From the NCBI GenBank assembly GCA_964106645.2, contig OZ067040.1: a stretch of DNA of 64,000 nt; one strand, given 5' to 3'. The stretch is from Podarcis pityusensis. Taxonomy: Eukaryota. Every line of letters begins with the position of its first letter. Position 1 is the first letter of the stretch. The notes beneath the pieces were generated by a model that was given only the letters and a program-made list of their open reading frames with translations, had not been told where the DNA came from and searched no databases. Made by a program: the position numbers and the translations under genes. Below are positions 24,649 through 38,413 of this stretch, one piece after another.

Positions 24649-27600
24649 CAGACTGGAACTCTTAATCTGACATCTACATTTAAGCCAGCTTTTCCCATGA
24701 TGCTGCCCTCCAGGTGTTTGGAACTACAACTCCCATCCATTGTGCTAGCTGGGGCTGATGGGAGCTGTACTCTAAAACCTCGCATGACCACCAGCTTAGC
24801 AAAAGCTGATCTAAGCAGACTAGCTGTTAGGCAGGCAGCCCTGGGGAGAGTATTGCCATTACCAGAGTGCCACCACTGAAGAGGCCCTGTCCCTCTTCAT
24901 CTCTTCATAATAAATGGGCAGGTCCATGTAGGAGGAGGCAGCTCTTCAAGTAGTCACAGCCCATTTATTTGTATACTGCAGTTTGCACAGATTCATTTAT
25001 GCTCCAAGCAGTTAACAGAAACTAAGCATAGAATAATAGAATCGTGGAGTGGGAAGGGATCCTGGGGGTCATCTAGTCCTACCCCCTGCAATGCATGAAT
25101 CACAATGTAGAATTATAGAATCATAGTCTCCTACTGTATATTTTGGATTGTTCGTGCCCTTGGCTGTTCTCTATGCATTTTGTCACCATGTTGCAAGCTG
25201 TATAAGACATTGACTCTTAAAGCCAGCACTTTGAAGGTGCCCAGAAACTGATCCAGTGAGATTGACTGGTTCTGCATTCTGAACCAATTGTAGGTTCCGA
25301 GGCTGCCCCACGTAGAAACCATTGCAATAGCCTAAACTGGATGTTACTAAGGAAGGGATAACAGCGTTGAAACTAACTGCCCCAAAGGGGACGCAGCTGC
25401 TGGTGCAGCAGCCTTAACTGATGAAAGTTGCATCATGCCACAGCTGTTCCTTGGTCATCTGAATTAATGAGCAGATCGAACAACACTTCCAGGATGCAAA
25501 CTAGATCCTTTAGGGGAAGTTGTGGGATCCTCCATATACTGTTAATCCAGTTTCCATGCTGGCTGATGGGTGCTGGAGTCCAGCAACATTTTGAGGGCCA
25601 CCCTTGCTTTAGGAGGAGTACAATTCTGCATCTAGAACAGATTGAAAATTACCTCCATATTGTTAGGTTCTCTAACTTCTTATTATGAAGCAATTGACCA
25701 GAACGAAATCCATCGGGTGCATGCATGAGAGACAATAATTAGAAAGGAGATAGGGGGCTAGTCTTGACACCCTAAAGTGCACACTCAACTGGAAAAGGTT
25801 TCTCCCATTAGTCTCTTTGACCAAGCCTCTTCTCATCTCAGAAATGTCAGGTGATTCTAATCCCAAATGCTATTCTCTTGTGCACCCTTAGAGATGTTGC
25901 CTCCAGTTATTCTAATCTACACAGCTCCTTGCAAAGATGTGCAAACTTACGCAACTCCTTATGGGAGTCCAGTGTACATGAAAAATAAGAACAGTCCCTG
26001 CTCTGCTTTCTTATTCTACATGGGTATTACAGGGATGTCAACATGATGAAAATGCACTACAGATTTCAATCTGTTCTCCCAGCTTCAGTACATCAAGGCT
26101 AAAAGACATCTGTGTCAATATACCATATGTGGAATTAGTAGAAATCTGTGCTTTTTATATGTGGTCCTCTCTGGACTAAGCCACTTGCATTGACTGTATC
26201 TTGCACAATAAAAACCAGAAACTTTTTTTTAAAAAAAACCTGGATGTGAGGATTCTCAGACAGCTAATAGATGCAACACATACAGCTCCCTAAGCCAGAT
26301 TCCGCTGTTTTCAGTGTGGACATAGTACAGGGGCCAGGAATGTATCCATAAAATCTCTGTGGCTTTACTCCAAGAATTCTCATGAGAAACAGTTGTACAG
26401 CAAGCAACAATGGGGGTCTCATATAATGAGCAGCTTTCCACAACACTGTTTATTTAACTTATACTGCAAATCATTCCTTTGAACAAACAATCGGTTTGGG
26501 GCAAATAGCATCTCTCCAGTTTTGTTCCCATATATCTTACTGCCTTCAAGGAAAAGCTGGATACTGGCTTGGCAATAAAGCCAAGACACAGCTGCTAATC
26601 TCTTTTATTGATACATGACTTAGTAAAAGAGGTTCATATTTCATGCATGATTCTTTTTGCTATCAGCAGTCAAATATCATGTAACAAATATATTTAGGTT
26701 CCATCTGAGCGCCTATCCTGGCGTTCTTGCTCTTACATTAGTCATCAGGGAGCAGAATGCACACAATGGCCCTGTCTTCTAGCCTTCGCATGAAAAGCGT
26801 GACAGCAGTGATAGAGCTGTCATTCATGCACCTGTATGCACAAAGCCTTCCGCATAACCTGGTATCCTGCATGAACAGGGTTCCAGGTCATGAGAAGCCT
26901 TTGCACATTTAAGTTTATGCATGAAGGCTCCATTACTATCAACAGTCCCATTTTTCATGTGAAGGCTGGGGGCAGGACTACTCCCAAGCTAACCAACATG
27001 GGAGCGACAATGCCCATATAAGGCTATTTGTGCAGTTTCACAGGGCACCTTTCTTGGAGATCAGATAATACTCACAGAAGGCTCTGAAGCCTCACATGCC
27101 CAACAATCATATAAGTGTATATATGTACTTCTCTGGAAACAGTCTTCCACAAATTAAAACAGCAACATCACTGAAGCAATTTTCATATTCATAATAATGA
27201 AAAGGGAAATATTCTTTTTGGAACTATTCTACCTTTAAAAATGTGTGTGTGTGTTGCTTGTTTGTACAACAAACTTCATTGTAAGCTTGTATTTTTCTCA
27301 GGCATGGCTGCCTCTTTTTATATAAAGAGGGTTTTTTTCCAGGCTGATTCTGGAACATGAATATTGTAGCTTATGAAGTCCTATGAAAGGGCACTCACAC
27401 TGATTAAAAATGGGAGGAAATGATATAAATGGTGGCGATTATTTTGAATTCATTTTTTTTGTCTTCTTTTTGTTTTTCTGCTGTTTTTACTTGGATCATT
27501 TCCTTTTTAATGGCTGTATTGCAGTTGTTCTTGTGTTTTGGTTTTATACTTGTAAGCCTCTTTGTGGAAGAGAAAAGGGGGTAAAATTTATTTATTTATC

Positions 27601-28184
27601 ATGGTGCTGGTGATTTCATGTACTATCTTCACTTTCTAAAACTTCATTATTTTATAAATCAGCTTCTTCAGGTTATGCCTCCTGCTTCTCAGCTTTTGTC
27701 AGTATTGCTTGCTTTTGTCCTTGATAATGTTGATATTTGTTGTTCTGGAATCTTGGGGTGTTTTATTTTTCCCTTTTCCTTTGCATTGCTCTTTTCATTA
27801 GCTCCTTTTGTCCTCACTTTCTTCGCATACTTCCTTTTAGACCTTGTTCCTCTCTATTTAATGTCTCTCCTTTCATAGGAAAGCTAGTGTGTTGTATTTG
27901 TTAGAATGTCAGATTTGGGAGGACCTGAAATCTTACAGGGCGGTTGTGAAGACAATGGGGGAAAGGGAGGGAAAATCCCACCCAGTGTCCTGAGATCCTT
28001 GGAGGAAGAGAATAATATAAATGTAATCTACCATTTAGACACCTTTAAAGACAGCATAACTAAATTTTGTATGCTGGTTCCTGAGATCGGGGAGCACATT
28101 TTTGTCTCCGTTTGGACACAATTGGATGCCATTTTGAATCAAGATGGAGGACTGAGCCTTTCAAAGCTGCACTAATTTTAACTA

Positions 28185-28420
28185 CAGTGGTACCTCGGGT
28201 TAAGTAATTAATTCGTTCCAGAGGTCCGTTCTTAACTTGAAACTGTTCTTAATCTGAAACACCACTTTAGCTAATGCGGCCTCCTGCTGCCCCCGCGCCG
28301 CCGGAGCACGATTTCTGTTCTCATCCTGAAGCAAAGTTCTTAACCCGAGGTACTATTTCTGGGTTAACGGAGTCTGTAAGCGTATGTAACCTGAAGCGTA
28401 TGTAACCCGAGGTACCACTG
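28185..28420. mobile_element. Tc1/mariner (Tigger/pogo-like) MITE
   Basis: TIRs CAGTGGTACCTCGGGTTA / TAACCCGAGGTACCACTG, TA TSD. Confidence 0.92.
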
Positions 28421-30076
28421 TACTAATTTGAAAACTGCAATGATTTTAACAACTGATTTCAAAGCTGCACTGATTCTTTTTGGTTTCTTCATATTCCCAA
28501 GCAAAACTGGGTACAAGTCTTCAAGTAACTTCCTTCAAACCTTCACCTTACAGGTATCACTGTTCTAGTTATCTTTAAGTTTACCCTATCTTTTCCTCAT
28601 CCATATCCCACCTACCCCTTAGTAGAATGCCATTTCACCCTTCACACCCAACTCTCTTCCTGTGTTACTATATTTAAATACCCCATTAAGACACATTTGT
28701 TCATCCTGGCTTTTAACAATTGCCCTCCTTCTCATTTACTTTACTTTCCTCCCTGGTGTATCTCCTATTTAATTTTAGATGGGTTATTTATTTATTTTAC
28801 AGACTTTAGAAATAAATACATAACATCAAAGCTCATCCAAAACTGCACAATGGCAGTTTTAAGTGTACTTGTAAATTGATTAGCGTGTGCTTCATTACTT
28901 CTGCACTGACAGAGCTGTTGACTAGAGATTTTTCCATGATAGTGATATGCAACAATTTCCTACATTGTATTCAAGATGTTTTAGACTTTAAAGGGCGTTT
29001 TAAACAGTTGGCTATGCTTTTGAATAAAGCTCCTTAGTATAATTTTCTGCTTCAGCTCCAGAATATAATGCAATGTGCACCACCAACCCGGGACAATTAC
29101 AGAAGCATTAGAAGTTGTGTAGGCTGCATAGCCCATTTTGCACCTTCAAAGGAATGTCCTAGCAGAAAAAGTTTCGCGTGCTCTAAGGCCCCTCCTCCAC
29201 TTCCCGCTGTAGGCTTCCCCCATGTTCAAGAGTTCAGACAGATGTCCTGCTGAAGCACCTTATTTATTGTAGGCATTGACATGCCAAATAGAATTCCTCT
29301 GTTTATTTCAATATAAGGAGCAGATGCATATAAGCAACACAAGCCGTATGCAGTTCTGCATTGTCCTCCCCCTCCCTTGGAAATGAATGGGACAATAACA
29401 TGCACATGCAAAGGTCATATCCACTGCAGAGAGCACACAGGGCTCTGGACTGAGACTGCATAGCTCAGAGAACATATAGGGCTCTGACTAGAGTTTCAAT
29501 TCAATTTCTTCAGCTCTGGGGCTATCCCATTCTGAAAGTGTCACTAAAGTGTTTTTCAATGATGATTTTATTTTTAATCCAAATCATAGCCATGTGCAGT
29601 GTAATGCAAACAGGTCTACTCAGAAGTAAATCCCTCTGCGTTCAATAGGGCTTGCTCCCTGACATGGAAAAGCATGAATAGGACTCTAGCCCTATTGATT
29701 ATTCTGAAGCATAAGACAGTAAATAATCCATTTAGCAAATTCTGAGAGATACATAGTTAACACAATTAACAATGGCAGGTAATACATTACCCCATTCAAT
29801 ACTAGACTACGGCAGAAAGTAGAGAAGGAAAAATGAATCTTTAGGCAATCAGTGGGAAATTTACAACTCATTATGGGACATGATTTAGTCTCCTGGAGAG
29901 AATCTCTTGTTCACTTGATTTGGATCTTGAAGTTCAATTCCAACACAGCCATGTCCAATCCATGCAATTTGGTTTTGTAGCAATGTGGAAAGTTACATCT
30001 GCAGACCTGGGTGGAGCAACAGTACAGCAGGTGTCTTTTGGCAAGAGAAGCACTTCTTCTCCATCATGTTGAGAAC

Positions 30077-30212
30077 CAGGGCTATTTTTCTAGAAAAAGA
30101 GGTCCCAGAACTCAACATGAACACCTCCTTCATTCTCTTAGAATGGCAATGGCACCCATCTGAGAGGTGCCAGAACTGGATTCCAGTGAGTTCCAGCAGA
30201 AAAATAGCCCTG
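30077..30212. mobile_element. 136-bp hAT MITE
   Basis: TIR CAGGGCTATTTTTCT; perfect 8-bp TSD TTGAGAAC. Confidence 0.92.
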
Positions 30213-30435
30213 TTGAGAACACAGATTTTCAGCAACTGTTTGCTGTGCTGACCCAAGGAAAAATAAATTCTCCACCCACTTTCGGAGGACTTCTGCCTCT
30301 CTTGTGCAAAGACTGGGTCATATGTGTGTGTGCAGGGGAAACAAAGATTGTTCACATTTTAATCATCTTATTCCTTTAATTTTGAAACGGTAATCCCTTG
30401 AAACAGAAAAGTGGGTGGAAATGATACATTGAGTC

Positions 30436-30571
30436 CAGGGTTTCCCAAACTTGGGGCTTCAGCTGTTTTTGGACTACAACTCCCATCATGCCCAGCTAGC
30501 AGGACTAGTGGTCAGGGATGATGGGAACTGTAGTCGAAAAGCAGCTGGAGACCCACGTTTGGGGAACCCTG
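30436..30571. mobile_element. Palindromic hAT-like MITE ('ctacaactcccatca' family; further copies at about 2293, 2790, 10843-11071, 16806-16922, 17660-17795, 19710-19810, 20311, 20911-21020, 24690-24770, 25545-25605, 37453-37555)
   Basis: Near-complete self-complementarity, CAGGG...CCCTG ends, 8-bp flanks attgagtc / atctagtc. Confidence 0.85.
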
Positions 30572-31200
30572 ATCTAGTCTAATAAAATAACTTTTCAGTG
30601 AGCAAAACTGGTGTGTTGATGGAGTTCGTTGTGCATTGAGTCCCTCCAAGTTCCAGAAGGATATAATGTCATACCAGCCATAACAGTTAAACCATGGTGT
30701 GGTTGGTGAGTGGATGGGACATGATCATTTGGATGCAGTTTTCAAAATATGGTCTCAGATGGAACTTCTCTTGCTTCATTGAAGGGCCATTGTTAGTGGG
30801 TGGGCCAGTGGCCCCAAGCACAGAGATATTTGCAACAGGCTTCAGAGCCCCCTTAAAAATAAGTATATATATTTCTTTTCTCATGGGGTGGCTGGATGCC
30901 CTGCAAAGAACCATGCTGGTGAGACCCAGTCACCCACCATCTCAATTTCCAGAGGATTCTATACATACAGTATAAATCAGCATATGCAGTTTTTATGTAA
31001 ATTTGTATGAAGCATCTGTGCCCTGAATCCTTTAAATGCCTAGTAAAGCCCCTATTTCACTCAGAACAACTGGAAACTATTAAAGTCCAGCTTCTCAACA
31101 ACAGATAAAGTAATCTATCTGTGGTGCTGATGGTTGTCTGATAATATAGGAAGGATTCTTAACACTGCAGTCATTCATCAGGAAGCATTCCTATTGAATA

Positions 31201-31442
31201 CAGTGGTACCTCGGGTTAAGAACTTAATTCGTTCCGGAGGGCTGTTCTTAACTTGAAACTGTTCTTAACCTGAGGTACCACTTTAGCTAATGGGGCCTAC
31301 CACTGCCGCCACGCTGCCGCCACACGAATTCTTTTCTCATCCTGAAGCAAAGTTCTTAACCCGAGGTACTATTTCTGGGTTAGCAGAGTCTGTAACCTGA
31401 AGCGTCTGTAACCTGAAGCATCTGTAACCTGAGGTACCACTG
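31201..31442. mobile_element. Tc1/mariner MITE (same family as 28185)
   Basis: Same TIRs, TA TSD, colinear interior. Confidence 0.92.
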
Positions 31443-32029
31443 TAAAATGGAATTTACTTGGATACTTGTTTAGAAATAAGTCCTACTATATTCAGTGGGA
31501 TCTACTCCCAGTTAAGTGTGCACAGGATCGAAACCTTAGTTTAATGGAATGTGTAAGGTTTTTCTCACTTCCTCCCATTATGTTAAAAAGCAACCTTATT
31601 ATTTCAGGTTTCAAGGGAGAAAACATGAATTAACATGAGCAACAATAAAATAGCTAGCTGTCTCTTTTTTTTCAAATTAAGTGTAAAACCAAGGCACTGG
31701 TAACTTCTGTACATAATTTATTTATAATGACTCTAACTCTGACAGATGTTTAAGTTAATGAGATAGTGTCAACTTAAAATTGCAAAATGTATTTACTTAG
31801 TATATTATTACATGTCACACCCACACAATTAATCTCAGAAGATTTCAGAAGGAAAAATAAATATCCTACTTTTAACCCAATAGCTTCAATTTTATCTATT
31901 TCGCATAACACTTGTTTTCCTTGAATAGTCTTTTTTCTGTTGCACCCTTTCTGTGCCCTGATCTAGAGAGGATCTGCTGGATCAAGTTCTGCAGGTGCAA
32001 AATAGGAGGCAGATAGAGATCTTCTTGCC

Positions 32030-32163
32030 CAATGCTTTCTTTTCAGGGGGTAGTCAAGAATACACAGTAACGACACCTCTTTTTTGTGTTAAAAAGTGTG
32101 GCACTTACTGTAACAACTTCATGGTAAGTACTGGCACCTCTTTTTCTGGAAAAAAAAGCACTG
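32030..32163. mobile_element. hAT MITE related to 30077 and 33680
   Basis: caatgctttc...aaaaagcactg termini; TSD ttcttgcc / ctcttgcc. Confidence 0.82.
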
Positions 32164-32312
32164 CTCTTGCCAGATCCCCGCTTCCTGTGGTGGCTGCTGC
32201 GCTTGCCTTTTCATTTGCTAGTTATGGGGCCACACACAAAGCACTGAGCAGATGGTTTTCTGGCCTCCCTTTGGCCCTAGACACTGTTTGGAAATGTGAT
32301 GATGGTGGGACT

Positions 32313-32673
32313 GGGAATATGGGTGGCACTGTGGTCTAAACCACTGAACCTCTTGGGTTTGCTAGTTGGAAGATCCGCGGTTCAAATCCGCCGATGGGGT
32401 GAGCTCCTGTTGCTCTGTCCCAGCTCCTGCCAACCTAGCAGTTTGAAAGCACACCAGTGCAAGTAGATAAATAGACACTGCTGTGGCGGGAAGGTAAATG
32501 GTGTTTCTGTGCACTCTGGTTTCCATCATGGCGTTCCGTTGCACCAGAAGTGGTTTAGTCATGCTGGCCACATGACCCGGAAAGCTGCCTGTGGACAAAG
32601 CCAGCTCCCTTGGCCTGAAAGCAAGATGAGTGCCGCATCCTATAGTTGCCTTTGACTGGACTTAACCATCCAG
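32313..32673 (+). mobile_element. Sauria SINE (older subfamily)
   Basis: Colinear similarity to the 18685 copy; flanking direct repeat tgRtgggact. Confidence 0.88.
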
Positions 32674-33679
32674 TGTGATGGGACTGAATCTAAGCCCCCT
32701 CTCCCTCTGTCCCGCAAGGTATCAACAATGGCAACGCCCCCAGCAACATAAGAGGATCTTTGGATCAGGGCCTGCCAGCATCTTCCAAATGGCTAACCTT
32801 TAAGCAAAAAAACCCATGCACCTGTAATTTTAAAGACTGGCAAAGGGACTCAGAGGCTGACAAATCAACCGAATGACTTAACTTTCTTTTTGAAACTGCC
32901 TGAATTGTAAATTAGCTTGGTCCAGATTTAGAGGGACGTTTTATTCCCAGTTGGTTTAATTATGGGACAGTGACAGCTGAAGGAAAAAGCAAGGACAAGC
33001 TCATGTTCACTTTAGAACTGAGCATGAACATGTTTCCAGAGGCAGAATGCCATTCTTCCTTTGTGCTGCCCACAGACCTGCCCGTCTCCTTCAAGAAGCC
33101 CTCACTCTGTCCATGAAGCTTGTTCTGTCGCCAGTGGGATACATGTCATTGGCGCCATGCAACCGTGCGCAGTTTTCAGTGTCCCGCTCTTCTGCGTCTC
33201 TGCAGTCACTTCTGCCTGCCTTAATCAATCTCCTTCCAACTATGCTGGGTACTGCATTTTAGTAACAGTATCCCAATGCTGCAATCTGTCTTAACGTTTT
33301 GACTGGTTGCTGATGTGTTAAATTGCTTTGTGCCGTTTATAATTTTGGGTTTAAATATATTGTTGCTGATTTATATTTTCTTTGCCACCTTGAGTATTTC
33401 TCTGAAATGGAAAAGTAGGGCAAAAAAAGAGAGAAAAGGCTTTTGAAACGAAGGAATATGCCACTTTGCTCATTTTCTTATTGTGCCCTAAAAAAAACCC
33501 ACATTTTGAGCAGTAGAACACAAACACTCATTATTTCATATCCGAACTTGCTATGTAGTTAATGAGCTTTTATTGTCAGCCAGTTACTGAAAGCCTCTAC
33601 GCACATGCAGACAAACCAAAATAGGAATCTTCAAAAAGCATAAACCACATATCATTAGTAATAGCAGCAGTAGTAGTAG

Positions 33680-34284
33680 TAATGCTTTTTTTTCCAGTCA
33701 GAGCACGCTGGAGTGCAGTTCTAGCACCTCTCAGATGGGCGCCATTGCGGGCCAGCGCCCCTCCCCACCCCCACCCCCAGTGCTTCTTGCCTTTATGTAC
33801 TTCTGAAAAGCCCCAAAGGAACATTTCAAGTCAAAAAGGAAGCTGGGCAGTCTGTGCAAGTTTTTTATTTTATTTTATCTATAACTCCACCTAGCTCCTA
33901 GGTGGACTGGGACCAACTACAGGGTGGGACCAATTCATATGTCCTTTTCTTCCACCCGTCTCCCATGTAGCAGCTGTGGGCTTTAAGCTTTTCAGACAGG
34001 CCTCTATCGTTGTGTAAGGGCCATTCTGAGCTGCCCTAGCCATCTTTCTGAATCTAAGAGAATGAGGGAGACGAGGCACACGTATTTGACTTGCACCAGA
34101 ACTAGGGTCAACCCCCAAACCAGCTAGGGAGACAGATTGCAGTCGTTTTAGCACCTCTGCGTGTGGTGAACGTGGCTTTTGTCAAACAGGCATCTATTCA
34201 GGGCTGCCTCAAGTCGCCCATTAACTCACTGTAACAACTCCATGGTGAGTTCCGGCACCTATTTTTCTTGGAAAAGAAGCACTG
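33680..34284. mobile_element. About 600-bp non-autonomous hAT element
   Basis: Both ends match the 30077 and 32030 elements; inserted in a (TAG)n run. Confidence 0.72.
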
Positions 34285-34632
34285 GTAGTAGTAGTAAATC
34301 TATTTTCTGCCCTCCCTCCAAAGAGGAGCCCAGGGTGGAAACGATATATGATAAAACAAAACATATTTAAAACATCCCTAAGTATCTAGATCAACCTGGT
34401 GCCCTCCAGATGTTTGGGAAAAAAGACTTGGCACAAACAGTTCCATTTTTTGTTTTCCTGATAAACTTATTGAGGTTCTAGCACATACAGTGTGTGTCTA
34501 TTCAGAAGTGAGCCCCATTGAGTTGTATGGACCTTACTGAAGGCAATGACTTCAGCCTTGAAACATGAACCTGATGTATAAAAAAATAAAAACTGTAAGT
34601 TTATTTGCCCCATCAGCCCAAGGGGCAGTCTT

Positions 34633-34966
34633 AAAAAGGTAAAGGTATCCCTGACCATTAGGTCCAGTCGTGACCGACTCATCTCGCCTTATTGGCCGAG
34701 GGAGCCTATGTACAGCTTCCAGGTCATGTGGCCAGTATGACTGAGCCGCTTCTGGCGAACCAGAGCAGCACACGGAAACGCCATTTACCTTCCTGCCGGA
34801 GAGGTACCTATTTAACTACTTGCACTTTGATGCGCTTTCAAACTGCTAAGTTGGCAGGAGCAGGGACCGAGCAACGGGAGCTCACCCCATTGAAGGGATT
34901 CGAACCCCCGACCTTCTGATCGGCAAGTCCTAGGCTCTGTGGTTTAACCCACAGCACCACCCGCGT
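34633..34966 (-). mobile_element. Sauria SINE (small internal deletion)
   Basis: Reverse complement of the 18685 copy with an aaaggtaaaggt tail. Confidence 0.92.
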
Positions 34967-36746
34967 TAGGTGCAACTTAAAACCTGTACCAAGCCCAGCC
35001 CCGTTTGATTGTCTCCTACCTCCTTTTCCATTCTGTCTTAAGACTAAATGCAGATCCACTAGCCAGCTTCCACACCCCTCCTCCTACCTCTCAAAATAGG
35101 TCCCTGTTTTGCAACTTTAGGTTGTTCCTAATAGTGGCATTGCCTCAATGTGGGTTTTGGCTGCCCCCCACCTGCCCCTAGACAACATGACTTCCTCTGC
35201 TTTTTAAGAAACAGAAAGTTAGGGAAGGAGAGCAAAAATAAAGTCTCTCCCAGAAAGAGGATGTCAGAATGGGAGAGGGAAAGGTAATGCCATGCACTTG
35301 GATTTGCAGTGTTCTGGAGAGGTAGGCGGCTCTCATTCAGAAGGCACTAGGCATTGCTAGGCAGCCATCAGGTCTGCAGCTTCTGATCATTATTATCCTG
35401 TATATGAGAGCCTGAAGCTCCCTTTTAGCAAGGGGAAATTAATTTCAGCACTGGCTCTCCAGTCCTGATGCCTTCCTCTTATTTGGCACTTGATTTGATT
35501 ATATTTTTATCTAAGGGGCACACACCTGAGCTATTTTACTTGGTTCATTCATCTGCCCATCACTCACCATTGCATCTCCAGCAAATGCCCCAACAGGTCT
35601 CAGAAAGCAACGGAGCCCTGTTAGGGCTGGGAACCATTTGAATTACTCATCAGCACTTTCTCATCCATCCAACCTCTTCAAAACCCCAAGGATTTTCAAA
35701 TGACAGCAGTAGTGACAGTAGATTGCATTGACTTGAGAAATAAATTGATTTACATGAGTGGGCTTTGGCTTTCTCTCCCACCCACCCACCCAGCACCGTG
35801 AGTTGTTTTGTCAATCAACACTTATCAGACATGGACATGTTTCCCGGTCCTGCGTACGGTTCTCAAAAGCTCTGAGTTTCTGGTTGTCGACAAACGTAGC
35901 ATGTGCCACAGTGCCTACAGCGGGTTTTGTGTGCCATCAAGGTTTCTCACCATTCATACTGGCACTCTCCCATCAAGAATAATGGTGATGGGTTCATTAT
36001 TAACTAACGTTTAGAAATGTGTGGAATGAGCAATGTTCATTTACTGTGATCCTGTTTTGTCATGTATTTACATCCCAACATCTCTTATAACATTCATTTT
36101 CCCTTTAAAATAAAAAACCCTAATGCAGATATAAAATTATGCATAAAAATCAGACAGCCCTGAAGGCCTGATTAAAGTGTATTAAAATCATCCCTGGGAA
36201 ATCTCCTATTCAGTTTCTTAAAGTCTGGATGAGGCTCTGATATGTAAAGTGGCACATTCAACTCCCTTTATTCATCCTGAGCTGTATAGAGTTAGGCAAA
36301 GAATCAATCCCTCATTGCACATCTTTTTAGTTTCACTTTTTTACTTAAAATATTTATATACTACCTTTTCAGTACAGGGCACTAAAGGCAGCTAACGAAG
36401 ATGTTTTATATTCACAACATAAATTTCAATAAAATAATAAAAGCAGTAAAACAGCAGTGGCAAAATTTTTAATTTATTGTCCATTCAACACTGAGAAGAG
36501 GGAGGAAATGACCTTCGGTGGGCACTTAAAAGATAGCAAAGCTCCAGTTGCCCTTGCCAGGCTGCTTTGGCCCCAGCAGCTGCCCAAATATCCTAAATGT
36601 TGGTGCCAGGCCTACCTTCCTCCCTGCATTCATTTGTACACAGATGAATGGATAAACACCCCAAAGTTAACACAGAAATGGAAGATTGATTCAGAGAAGA
36701 GAAAGGATTGTTATCATCCCTTCTTAAAGCAGGGATATGGATTTCC

Positions 36747-37452
36747 TTTTTTTAAATAATATTTTATATTAATTTTAGCATATAAATTATAAAATGTACC
36801 ACAAAACATATCACTTATACAATCCTTTTAGACTTCCATCAGCACCTCTGATGATCCACCGTTTTAACCACTTCTTATGCATTTCTTAACTTTATATTGC
36901 CTTAAATCTCTTAACAAATCATCCTCCCCCTTGTCCATTTTTACAATACTTCTAATAATACTCCTCATAAAACTTCTTGCAACCCTACAAACGTCGACTG
37001 TTCTTCACAATTACTTTTCAAATAGTCCGTAAATTTACTCCAGATTTACTCTTCCGTGAATTTCTGGTCTTGCCAGTTTTGAAACCTTCCTGTTTTAGTT
37101 TATCTAATTCTGCATAGTCCATTAACTTCATCCTCCATTCTTCAATCGTCGGTAACTCTTCTTGCTTCCATTTTTGGGCCAATAATATTCTTGCTGCTGT
37201 TATTGCATATAAAAAGAGCTTACATTCCTTTCTATTTATGTCACTCCCCACAATGCCCAATAAAAATGCTTCTGGTTTCTTTATAAATGTATATTTCAAC
37301 ATTTTTTTCAACTCATTATATATCATCTCCCAGAAGCATTTCACCTTTTTACATTCCCATCACATGTGATAAAATGTTCCCTCTTTTTCTTTACATTTCC
37401 AACATTTATTACTGACTTTATACATTTTCGCTAACTTGACAGGTGTAATATA
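36747..37452 (-). mobile_element. 5'-truncated LINE-1 3' fragment
   Basis: ORF 37018-37344 (FWEMIYNELKK...KKPEAFLLGIVG...AARILLA) matches the C-terminus of the 60336 ORF2. Poly-A present. 17-bp TSD cagggatRtggatttcc at 36730-36746 and 37453-37469. Confidence 0.92.
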
Positions 37453-38117
37453 CAGGGATGTGGATTTCCAGATGAAGCTGGACAACAACTTCCATCATCC
37501 CTGACCACTGGCCATGCTGAGAGGAGCTGATGGATCCAAAAGCATCCCCAGGCCTATCGAATGAGAAACCAGAGATATGTGTGGTGCCAGTGTTAGGAGA
37601 GATGTTTTGCAGAGACCCTTTCCCAACCAACAGCCAGGGAAAATATGCAGTTTCTGTACTGCCCAGTATTATGCCATAGAATGTACATAGAAAGTAGGCT
37701 CAAGAAAACCACTGTATAAGCTTTGCACAAACAAAACAGGATAAATGCTCAATAGACAAGTGGTCTGGTGGAGCTTGGAAGAAAAATAGTGGAAGAATCA
37801 TAGGGAAAATACAAGAGGACAATGAGTGGATGGTGGTGTCATGTGAATGTTTGGGGGGGGGGAAATAAGTGAATGATGGCAATTCCACAGTAAACACAAA
37901 AAGCTGAAAGCATCCCAAGTAATACCAACCACACTTAAGCACAAGGAAATTTGTATGTCAACATAGGAAGTCCCATACAGGACATCTAATGCAAGGGATC
38001 AGGAACACTTCTTCATCCTTGCAAACTACAGGAGACCTGTCTGAACCTATTCTGATCCCCAGTCCATCTACATGAGAAAGGGGGGGGGGGTAGCAGGACC
38101 AGAGCAGGATGTGACAT

Positions 38118-38413
38118 ACAACAACAACAACAACAATTTATTATTTATACCCCGCCCATCTGGCTGGGTTTCCCCAGCCACTCTGGGCAGCTTCCAACAA
38201 AAGATTAAAAATACATTAAAACATCAGTCATTAAAAACTTCCCTAAACAGGGCTGCCTTCAGGTGTCTTCTAAACGTCAGGTAGTTGTTTATTTCCTTGA
38301 CATCTGATGGGAGGGCATTCCACAGGGAGGGTGCCACCACCGAGAAGGCCCTCTGGTTCCCTGTAGCTTGGCTTCTCGCAGTGAGGGAACCGCCAGAAGG
38401 TCCTCGGCGCTGA
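38118..38413 (-). mobile_element. L2 LINE 3' end
   Basis: Microsatellite tail, tttataccccgccc terminus, and gggagggcattccacagggagggtgccaccaccgagaaggccc (encoding the AFS..AP.LWN.LP motif on the minus strand). Confidence 0.85.
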
